Shown here in pieces: positions 35,769-55,099 of a stretch of DNA of 64,000 nt (position 1 is the first letter of the stretch; each line of letters starts with the position of its first letter). The position numbers and the translations under genes are program-made. Under the pieces are notes generated by a model. That model was not told where the DNA came from. It worked only from the letters and a program-made list of their open reading frames with translations, and made no database searches. Source of the DNA: Antechinus flavipes (Eukaryota); contig NC_067403.1 in assembly GCF_016432865.1 (NCBI RefSeq), positions 200,012,001 to 200,076,000 of the forward strand, written 5' to 3'.

Positions 35769-38266
35769 ATGACCTCGGCCCAGGAGTCCGGGCCGCCGCC
35801 TGCAGCTTCCAATAAGCCGCTGACGCCCTTCAGCATAGCTGACATCCTGGGTCCGCCAGCTCGTCCGACCCCAGTCCCAGTCCCAGTGCCGGCCCAGGGC
35901 CCTACTTCGCCTCTCTGCGCGCTAGAAGAGTTAGCCAGCAAGACCTTCCGAAGACTCGACGGCAGTGCCCTGCAGGCGGCCGAAGGTAGGCGGTCAGACG
36001 CTTGGCTGAGATTCCAGTTTGAAGGAGGGGGTTTGGGAGTTCTTCTAAAAACTGCTGTTTTTAACATGCACCCATGCAATAGCCTTCCCCTCCTACTTGC
36101 TCCTTTCCTCCTCTATCCCCTCTTTCTATACTTTTTTCCTTTTATCTATTCATTCCCGAATCTCCTTTCTTCCTCTTCCTCAATACCTCCGTCCCGATTC
36201 CTTTTTCTCCAGACTTCCTTTCCCCTTCTTTATGCCTTTCTCCTCCTCCCTCTTTTCCTTGGTTTCCCTTCTCTACTGACTTCCATTTTTCCTTCTATTA
36301 CCCCTTTTTTCTCTTTCCCTGGGGTTGCCCTCTCCTTTCCCAAGTGGGTTTGATTCTTTTCTTCTCCTTGCTCTCCTGCTTTCCCGCCCCCCAATGGTGT
36401 GCGTCTTTCATTCACTGTTTCCCTTTTTAACTCGTCTCCCCTTCTCCAACACCCTGCTCCCTCTTCGGAGTCCGGTTCCTTCGAAAACTCGGGCTACGAC
36501 GTGTGCCTCCTCCTGAGTCAGCTCGAACTGTCCGGCACAACTCTATCCCGTCTTCCCTGGGTGTCAAAGATCTGTGCAGGACATCGTCGGGTCCTTCCTT
36601 CGGCTGGCCGAGGTCTCTGTCCCTCTAGGCAGCTCCGACCCGCAGAGAATGCGCTGGCTCCCAAATGCTCGCGCGCGGGCACACAAGCACACAACCACAA
36701 TAGATAATCAGACGTTGGGACTGGAGGATTGACAGCTACTGTTATTCTATACATTGCAACAAAGATGATAAAAAATCCTGGCAGGCTGAGAAAGACAAAG
36801 GGACAGAAACAGACATGAAGAGCGAGATAGCAAGAGATCCAAGCCGTTTAGGATCCGCCTTCGTGTCTCCCCGGGTTTGTAGGGTTCAGAGGTTCCAGGC
36901 TCATCCCTCCCCCGCTGTGCTTGTGTCTCCGCGGCTCTAACCCCTGCAGCGGCCGTTTGGCTATCCGGAGGTGGAGGAGGGGCCCGGGGAAGGTGTGAGC
37001 CAAGCCGCTGGGACAGTCAAGGGGCCTGGGAAAGGCCTGAAATCCCAGAGAAATAGCCCTAAGAACTGAGGGAGAGATCATAGAGGGAAGCCCCTGGTCT
37101 ATCCCTTTTAACTTTCACCTGGCTGCTGAGGCCCCTATCCTGAAGCTCAGATTAATCCCACCAGTCAGTCCCCTGCCCTCTCCTGCATCTCTCTACCCCA
37201 GGAAACTCCTCTCCTCTCCATAACCTTCTGTACTTCCAGCTCCCTCCCCCATTTCCCTTTTCTTTTAATTGCCTACCTCTGTCCTCTCGACTCCCTACTT
37301 CTTTGTGCCTCCCTCCCCAACCCTAACTTCCCTAGTCCCTCAGTTCTTCTCAGCTCTACATCTCCCCTGACCTCTGTCTCAGACATCCCAATCAATCAAA
37401 CCATCAACAGGTCTTCTCTCTGAATTCACTCGACCCTCTTCTCCCCACCCCCCCAGCCATACACTCTGTGCTGGGAGGAAATGGAGAAAGAGCAATCCCC
37501 ACCCTGAACCTGCTGGCTCCCAGGGTTGCTCATAACCTAGTATTCCCAGGGGCCTTGAGTTACCTACCCTGTATGCTTGGCCAAAAGGTCCGTTAGCCTC
37601 GTGGCCTAGGCTCTGGTCTTGCCGGACCCTCCTTGCCCATGAGAAATTCATAGATCACCTCCTGTTTCCTGGGCTTTAACAGTGCCCACCCCAGGGAGTC
37701 TAGGGAATTCCCTGAACTCTGAGCCAGATTCCGCAGTGAGGTTGTGGAGAATCGCAGTCCACTATAATGACCCAAATTCTGCAGCAATATCGTCGGGCCT
37801 GCCTGTTCCCAGGGAGGGCCAGGGCCAGGTCCAGGCTTCATGATGCCCCTGACCCTTTCCTGTTCCTGTAGATCGGACCGCACTGAGCCCGCTGAGCCCC
37901 AGGCCCGTGACCCGCAGGCGTCGGAAGTCGCGTACCGCGTTCACCGCGCAGCAGGTGTTGGAGCTGGAGAGGCGCTTCGTCTTCCAGAAGTACCTGGCTC
38001 CAGCCGAGCGGGACGGACTGGCAGCTCGGCTGGGTCTGGCCAATGCCCAAGTCATCACTTGGTTCCAAAACCGCCGGGCCAAGCTCAAGAGGGACGTGGA
38101 GGAGATGAAGGCGGACGTGGCCTCCCTGCGTTCCCTGCCCCCTGCAGCTCTCCGCCGGTTGAGCCTCACTCTGCCAGAACCAGGCTCCCAGCCTCCGGCC
38201 GACCCGGAACCTAGCAGTGACCCTGGGCCCGAGCTTTCAGATGAGGAAATCCAGGTAGACGATTGA
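35769..38266 (+). CDS. LBX2: Ladybird homeobox 2, 203 aa
   Basis: Exons 35769-35985 and 37872-38266 (612 nt). eh1 motif [23 protein letters not shown], homeodomain [59 protein letters not shown]-terminus [10 protein letters not shown]. An in-frame upstream ATG lies at 35676. Candidate AATAAA at 39125-39130. Confidence 0.96.
36080..36470 (+). repeat. Low-complexity CT-rich (polypyrimidine) tract in the LBX2 intron
   Basis: About 400 bp dominated by C/T runs on the plus strand. Confidence 0.7.
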
Positions 38267-41200
38267 AGAAAAAATCTGGCCTTGGCTCTGGGTTACTACG
38301 GTCGCTATTGTCAGCCTTTATCACGACTCAAGATTACTCACTGGGTCTGCTCAGAGGATCCCGGGTGCCTGATGGACTTCTATTGCTCGGTTTATTGATT
38401 TATTCGTACACCGTTCTCCTTCCATTCATTGTCCTTCCACTCCAGCCTCTATATCCCATGCTCCCACTCTCTGGGGTCTTTCCGTCCCAGAATAACTGCA
38501 TCACTGGACCCCTCCCCCGTTTATTCCTATTGTACTTGGAAGGCAGGGTCAGGATTCTGCATGGTTCCTCCTGCCACTCCCTTTTAAGGGTCCTAAACAT
38601 CTCTATGAAGCTGGTTTCCTTACTCCTGAACCCGTGCTTCTGAGATGTATCGATTTTCTCAACTTTTTGGAAAACCGAGTAGTCTTCGATAGTGTTCTTC
38701 CTTATCCCAGTCGCCTCCTCGGGTCTGCGTGGTCTATTCGCCCTCGTCTTTCTCTTAACATAGTCCCAATCTGACTATACCGCTGTCTCCCCAGTCCCTC
38801 ATTCTTCTAGGTAGAGAGATCCCTCTGGCGCCAGACTCCGCCTCTCCCACCGAGCTCCCGCCTTCTGAACTCTAGGGCTCCCCAGCCCCTATAAACTTTC
38901 ACCTATTCTGTCCCCTCCCCTCATTTTTAAGGACTCCCAATAACACACGTTTCCTTTCCCGGGGATTCGTTCTAATCAGATGCTAGTCTATATCCCAGCC
39001 TCTGCCCGGAGGCTTCTCCCAGCGATGGCCGTAGCCCGGTCAGCCGGGTCTCCTCTGCCTCGCTTAGACATCCGGCAGTTTGTAGCCGCTTCCCCACCTC
39101 CACCCCCCGCCCCCGGTCAGTGTGAATAAAGAGGATCCGACGCGGCTTTTCGCTTTTTCCCTCCTGCGAGCGAGCGGAAAGGGTGGGAGCAGGCCACAGA
39201 CGCTGGCGGCTCGTGGGCGTTGAGCAACCCCTGGTACGTACGGATTGCAGGCCTGACATCGGGGAGGGCTGCGTCCCCCATTACCTCTCCCCCCTCAGCT
39301 TTTAAAAGCTGACTCCCCAAATTGCTCTTCTCCCTCACCCGCAAGTGAGATCGGCCCTTCGTTTCTAAATTGAAACCACTAAGCCCCAGGGCACCCCTCG
39401 GCATTCCTTTCTACAAATACCTCCCCTGCCCCCTCCTCATTCCAAGAGTTTATTAATGATGACCTTGACCCGGATCCAACCCAGAGCGGCACGTGGGATG
39501 CGTAGAAACGGAGACGAGAGAACTAAGGGCAAAACCACAGTCCGGGAGGCTGCAGTGACAGCACATCTCCTCGCAGACGCGCGCTAGTCTCTGCGTCGCT
39601 AACACCGCTACCGCGGAGACAATGAAGGGCTTGGGGGACACTGTAACGTCTTACGGCGCAACGGTAGCTGCGCGGCGATACACAGTAACCAGCCTCGCGC
39701 CCGGAGCTAGGCCTTACGGGAGTTCCCCAGCGGAGATACAGTCACACGCGCCGTTGGGACACAGTAACCCGGCTTGCGCACGCCCTTGTAACGCCCATGA
39801 AGCAGCACATACACCACCCGCGATACAGGCAGCCGCACGCTCGCAGAGAATAGAGCGGGAACACGTTAACGAGAGCAGCACAAAGGCATTCCCTTAGCGA
39901 CAACTCCCAGGCTGCTCCCCACCCCTCCATTGACGCTTGTGGATGTGGGTGGGGTGGGGGCTAGAGTTGGGAAGACTTTCCCCACCCCCTACACTGTGGA
40001 GTGGCTGTCCCCCTCCCCGTCCCCCGGTAATTTCCCGGGTGACCGGGCCGCCGCTGGCTGCTGACATCCCCGGCTGAATTTAATTCCTTTAACTTGTGAT
40101 TAATTACGCGCCCCCGCCCTCACCCCTCCCTCGGGCCTGTCTGCACATCAAACGCGGAGGGGGGAGGGGCTGCGGGGAGCTGCTGGACCAGAGAGAAAGG
40201 AAAGGGGAATTCTGTGGTCATTTACCCAGTTCTAGGCCAGGTAAGATTTCCCTCAATCATCCCCTCACATTTATATTGTCTCCAAAAAAATCACCCACCC
40301 GCCCTTCTCCCAAGCCCAACCCAGTCTCTCTGGACCCAATAAAATGTTAATCTGCACTCCCTTCTGCTCTGGCTGGAGAAATTTTGCTGAGTTCTTAATC
40401 CTGTAAAAGGAGGGTTTTGGGGCAAGTGTGTGGGTTCTAGCCCCAGGGAACACAATATTATCTGAGTTGAGGGACAAAGATACATATGGAAGAAAGTGAA
40501 TCAAGAGGTCCAAGTCAAATCCTAACTTGGCTAATTTACTGTGTGATGTCTCCAAATCACTTCACTTTTAGGCCTCTTTCCTTCTTTCTAAAATGATGGA
40601 GTTCATATCCAAGGTTCCTTCTAGTTATGATATTCACCCATAAATTCATAGTTCATAAAGGGCAGGTTCCAGGCCTGGGGAAAGAAATCCATTCTAGCCT
40701 CAGTGGCCAAGGAATATTTCCTTAAAGGCGTAAATTTAAGTTGGTCTATAATTGATAGGTTGAGAGGGCTCCCATAAGGTGGCAAGAAGGGAGGGTTTCT
40801 AAAGAAGGGAAAACTGCCCTATCAAGGCCAAAATCTGCAGAGAATAAGTTTAGCTTATTGGAAGAGTGAGCAACGTTTGGGCCTTAAATGCTGTGGGCTA
40901 AGTGAAGGACAAGCTTCAGTAGCATCGATGGGGAAACCAGGAAAGGAATATAATTAGGTACTGGGTGTAGGAGAAAAACTTGAAGGAAGGTTACCTGCAA
41001 GGAGGTAACCAAGAGGTATTAAATTAAACTGGTAGAGTCTGGGCGGAGAAGAGACACTGGAAGGGAAGAAAGGACAGGATTTGTTGACTGGGAAGTCAGG
41101 AAGAGGGAGGAGTCAAGGGGGTTTCTAAGCCCAGATAATTAAGGGTTTCATGGCACCATGGGGGGTCAGGAAGGGGGGAAATTAATTTCAGGAGTAAGAG

Positions 41201-42158
41201 GGTTGGCTTTGGGCAATTACTTCCAAGAAGTCCCATCCAGCTCTCTTCCTTTGTTCATGGGAATAAGACTATATAGCCCCCACTCCCAGCCCCACCCCCC
41301 AGTTCAGACATCTCCAAGCTAATTCCTGTAGGAAGTCTTCCCTGATATTGACAGGCACCTCAGGGAAAAGGGAGAAGTTGGATGTATTTGATAGAAAAAG
41401 GCCAGAAGATGTTTGAGGCTGAAGAACATTTTATTAAGCTCAGTTCCTGGACTTGGAATGCAAGGGGGTCCAGCACACAAAGCTCTGCCTCATCTGCCAG
41501 TAACCAAATCTGGCCAGTACAGTACCTTCATTAGACACCAGGCATCGGGCTGGAGGTGAGCCCTGACCCAGAGCCTTAGGACACACAGGCCCCTAGTAAC
41601 AGCAATCATCTTCAGGGTCCTAAATGGGGGCCCATATGAAGCTCACACACGCTGCACTGGCCTTGAAACTTTGCTAGAGGCTCCTATGAGGAAGGAAGGA
41701 TGTTAAAGGGAAGGGAGACCAAAGCTGGAAAAGTGGTGAGAAAATATCAGGAAGAAAGCAGATACTGAGAGGGAAGAGCGTAGTATAGTTGCTGAAAGGG
41801 AGGAGAAAATTTTTTTGTTCATTTGTGTAAATGTGAGTAGGGGGAGTCTAAGAAAATCAGAGGGAGTTGAGGACTAAAAAGCTCTAGTAATTTTAGAGAA
41901 GAAAGTTTCCTCACCAGGTTTTTGGCAATTGAAGGTGTTGGACTGAAGGTAATAGAACTGGAACCGGGACCGGCAGGATAAACGGTCGGGGACCAAATCT
42001 GGTGGAGTACAAGCAAGCAATGAAGGGTTATAAGGGTGCAGCTTTGTTACCTTCCCACCACACCCCAGAAACTCATGGTCAGAGACCACCCCGACATCCC
42101 GGGCATGACCCCTCCCCAAGAGAGGTAGCAGAAAGAAGGGCAGAGATCCGAGGGAACA

Positions 42159-42307
42159 CTTTTTTTTTGTTGTTGAGGCAATTGGGGTTAAGTGACTTGC
42201 CCAGGGTCACACAGCTAGAAGTGTCAAGTATCTGAGGCCAGATTTGAACTCAGGTCCTTCTGACTTCAGGGCTGGTGCTCTAGCCAATGTACTACCTTGC
42301 TGCCCCA
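42159..42307 (-). mobile_element. Marsupial CORE-SINE (WSINE1/MAR1-like)
   Basis: T-tail followed by TGAGGCAATTGGGGTTAAGTGACTTGCCCAGGGTCACACAGCTAG...GATTTGAACTCAGGTCC...GCTGCCCC (B-box-like GAACTC, reversed tRNA-derived head). Confidence 0.8.
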
Positions 42308-42639
42308 GAACACCCAGTTCTTCACAAGGTTTATGCAAATGGCAGCTCAGGTACATTTAAAGATCTCATGTTCAGATGGGGAGCTTAAAGACTCTTTCAC
42401 TTACTGTCATATTAAGTGACTTAACATTTCTGAGGAAATCTCATCTGCCCATTGTAGTACATTAGGAAAAAGTCTGTGAGCTTGAAGACCATATAGAAAT
42501 GAGAGCATGTCTTTTAATTCACAATGATTTCCAGCAAAATTCTAGGATCAATTATGAATGAAAGAAAATGGTTTAGACTAGGATCGAAATAGAAGATGAC
42601 ACTTAGAATAGGAAGGAAGGATTACTGAGAGGCAGTTTA

Positions 42640-43990
42640 AGTTCATCAAGAGCTCATGCCAGACTAACCTTATTTCCTTTCAGTGGCAGGATTACTGGAC
42701 TGAGTAGATCAGGGGAATACCCGATACCGTACACCTAAGCAAAGTATTTAACAGTCTCATGAAAGTGTGCAGGATGACAAGGTTAAGGGTACTGGGAGCT
42801 GAAGGACTAGACCCAAAGAGTGTCAACAACTTGAATGAAAGCACAGAGGGGCAAACGGGATTTCAGACTTCATGAATCAAAGGACAGTTAACACAGTGGA
42901 TAACAGAACCAAGATATACAAAACTTGGCTCATGTGAAAAAAGTTTAGGATTTAATGCAACCTTCATATAAAGTAGAAGTATGATGTGACTGTCAATATA
43001 TTAACACAGGTACTGTTGGAATCTTTAGAAACTGCTAACTCATTAGAGTTGATGTTTTGAGCCAGAACCTGAAACAAGGTACTAAGTAGAATTAATTGCT
43101 TGTGTTTACACTTTTACTCATTGAAGTTCACAAGTATGGGAGATTCACAAAGTAAACTTTGTAACTTTGTGAATTCATACCTCCCTTGAAGCTCTTAGGG
43201 CCAGAGAGCATTCTGGGAAGAAACCCATAATCCCTCTCTCTTGTATCCCACAATTCTTCTTTCTCATATATAAGATTCAGACAGAGGCTCTCAGACAGAA
43301 TTCAGCCAAATTACATGGAGAGGAGAGCATCAAGTCAGAAGAAGCCACAAGTCAGAGTTGAGCTAGAGCCAGGAGAGAATTACTTCGGAAGGCAAGAGAG
43401 ACAGATCCATATTTGTGCTGGCTGGAGGCTGAAGAAAGCAGAGGCAGAGGCTGAAGGACAAACCTTTGGATTTGGAGACATTCGAGGAAGCTCTTGAAAC
43501 CAAGCAGAGAGATAGGCCTCTAAGAATCTAGCTATCTGGGCCCAAGGAAAGAGACAAGACTTGAAAGGAGAAATAAACATTTGTATTTTTACCAGCTGGC
43601 TATATTTGAGGTAATTATTGATCTGAACTGATACTAAGGCTGCCCCCAGAAAACCTCCCCGAGAAACCTACCTTCTCTCGCAGAGAGAACTATTATATTT
43701 AAAAGAAGAAAATCACCACAGGTACAGTATACAGTTTAAGGAAAATAATCAACCTTAGTAAGAGCATATCTGAAATAACTGTTCAGTTCTATGTGCCACA
43801 CTTAAAGGACACTGAAAAAACTGGAATAGGTCTAGAGTGGAGTGAGAGGACTGACTAGATGCTATGCCATTTAAGTAATAGTTGAAGGACGTAGGAAGAA
43901 TTAGCCTAGAGAAAACATGGGGGACAAAAGGCTTGAATATATCATATATTTTGTGGGGAGAGCCCCAAAAGAAAGTGATACTCAGTTATA
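42640..43990 (+). mobile_element. L3/CR1 LINE remnant, split by the solo LTR at 43014-43720
   Basis: CR1-type phrases AGACTAACCTTATTTCCTT...GATCAGGGGAAT (about 42661-42720) and CATATCTGAAATAACTGTTCAGTTCT...TTAGCCTAGAGAA (about 43765-43912) flank the LTR and read as one element when it is removed. Recognised by eye. Confidence 0.6.
43014..43720 (+). mobile_element. Solo LTR of an endogenous retrovirus (707 bp)
   Basis: Starts TG (TGTTGG) and ends CA (CACCACA), with a perfect 5-bp target-site duplication GGTAC at 43009-43013 and 43721-43725. TATA box TATATAAG at 43267-43274 and AATAAA at 43572-43577, in U3-R-U5 order. Confidence 0.85.
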
Positions 43991-44420
43991 AGGAAAGAGA
44001 CTTTGATAACTCCTCTCCCTCTGACCTCTTTCATCCCCTTTCCCTTTCAGCACAGGCAAAACCTGTTAGGAATAATCAGGACAACAGGTTTGGGAGAAAG
44101 CTGACAACTTGAGTTAATGTTTTCCTGGATGGTAGATGGGAAAAAAATTATAGGAGGGAATTTTCCAAGTAATGTTTCAAGGCTGGGAGGGGTGGGCAAG
44201 AGAGTGTTCTTGAGGGATACCATGCCTCTAGAGAAGGATGGACTAGATGCTAACTTTAAAGAGACTCCCCCTCTGCCACTTAGGGCCATGTAACTGGGGT
44301 TGTCACGTTTTCACTTCTGGCCTGCTTCCTAATCTGTAAATAAGAAGGTTGGATCTAAGATCCTCTAATTTGGAACTTTTAGTTCTAGATACATGATTAC
44401 TCCAAGTAAAAAGGACTACA

Positions 44421-44651
44421 GAGGGACAATTAGAGAGTGCCAGGCCTGGAGTCAGGGAGACCTGAATTCAAATCTGGCCTCAGATGCTCTCTACCTCTGT
44501 AATCCTAGACAAGTCACTTCACCTTGTGTGCCTCCGTTTCCTCATCTGTACAATGAGCTGGAGAAGGAAATGCAAACCCCTCTAGTATCTTTGCCAAGAA
44601 AATCTCAGATGGGTCATAAAGAGCTAGACAGGACTGAAAACAACTCAACAA
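44421..44651 (+). mobile_element. MAR1-type marsupial SINE
   Basis: GGAGTCAGGGAGACCTGAATTCAAATCTGGCCTCAG...CAAGTCACTT...TTTCCTCATCTGT (CORE), then GCTGGAGAAGGAAATGCAAACC...CTTTGCCAAGAAAA...GACTGAAAACAACTCAACAAC (RTE-derived tail). Confidence 0.75.
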
Positions 44652-45247
44652 CAAAAAAGAAAGAGCCACAAATAGGGCCCCAAGCTACCTTGGGCATACT
44701 CCACCCCCACACTGAGAGCCTCAGATACTCTGAGGAAAACAGAGGATCATTTCTTAAGTCGGAACAGCCTGATCCTTCTTCCAGGAAGGGAGGGAGCAAG
44801 CACTAGCACCATAGGGGTGCCAACAGTTGCAGAATGAAGCATCTGACTCAAAGAAGCTAATGACCACCTCCAAACAAAAGAACAGGGAGAGAAAGTGAAG
44901 TCTGACATGAGCTTAGAATTTACCCTAAGCCAGCCTTTCATGACTAATAGCACCTCGGACAGATAGCCTGGACTACTGTGGTGCTACTCAGAACCTAGCA
45001 ACTGTGTCTGTTAATGTGAGGTCCGAGATGGCCAGTTACATGTGCTAAAGTTTATGAGCAGGGCTGAGTATGGCTATCCCCTCTCTTGGGAGAAAACCAA
45101 TGAGTCCACTCCCATTGATGTACAGAGAACTACCATGTCCCTCCTATCTTGAGAAATGGGGAGTAGATATTACAGGCCTGCCCAAAGGGATGGACAGAGG
45201 TAGCCTCTTTGGTGGACAGGCAGATACACACAGAGACAAGCTGGCCC

Positions 45248-54398
<9,151 letters not shown>

Positions 54399-55099
54399 CT
54401 CCCGCCTTCGGTGCCCCGGAAGCAGAACGAGGGAATCACTCGCCTCCAAAGCTCAGGCCAAGACTGGGCGGGGCGAGTCTAGACTAAGCGCTCACTCCTT
54501 GGACACGCAGGCGCGAGCGCAGACTCAGCTAAACTCTTGGGCGTCAAAGCCCCCGGTTGCGGCGCACCTGAGCGGCCATCTTAGTTGGAGGCTGGGAAGT
54601 CCTTAACGAGGCACGTGACGAGGACCGCTTTTGTGATAAGAGCGCAGAGGGCATAGATCATAACATATCTGTGCGGCCATGTTTGTTGAGGACAAGAGGG
54701 AGCCCATAGAGGGCCTGGTGGCCATCTTTGTTCTTGGCAGAGGGAGTTCCCGGGAAAGGGAGACCGTGCAGCGGAGATCGGCGCTGATCTTGTTACGTGA
54801 TGACTGGCCGTTAGTTTCCCACCTGTCACGTGGCCCTCTTTAATCAACTTCCGGGAGCGTTGGGGCCACAGTCGCTGTAAAGAAGGATCGGTTGTCAGCC
54901 CCTTACCCCTAGTGGGTTTGAGGTGGTCACTTGGGGTCCTCTCTCCCGAAAATATGGCGGAGTGGGCTGTGGGGTCGCCGTGTGTGTGGTGGGATCTTTG
55001 ACAGTGTCGGGTCTGTCTCGGGCTGGGTCGATCGCTAAGCCAGCGGCCACTCTGCCCCCGCTCCAGCCACCCTGACCCTGCCCTGCCCCCGCCGCGGCC
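54399..55099. promoter_or_regulatory. Bidirectional CpG-island promoter shared by TTC31 and CCDC142
   Basis: Divergent ATGs are 700 bp apart. ETS sites (CCGGAAGC near 54416, ACTTCCGG near 54848), E-boxes GGCACGTGAC (about 54611) and GTCACGTGG (about 54824), YY1-type AATATGGCGG (about 54950). Confidence 0.8.

Noticed and set aside
41999-42050. Possible 52-nt intron joining an ATG exon (MPGMSGWSLTMSFWGVVG) to the 84-nt orphan exon
   Set aside because: Shorter than typical mammalian introns, and the product has no recognisable features. Kept only as a fallback for the top finding.
44214-44225. Minus-strand GTATCCCT resembling a U12 donor
   Set aside because: One mismatch from GTATCCTT, with no associated exon or U12 branch site found.
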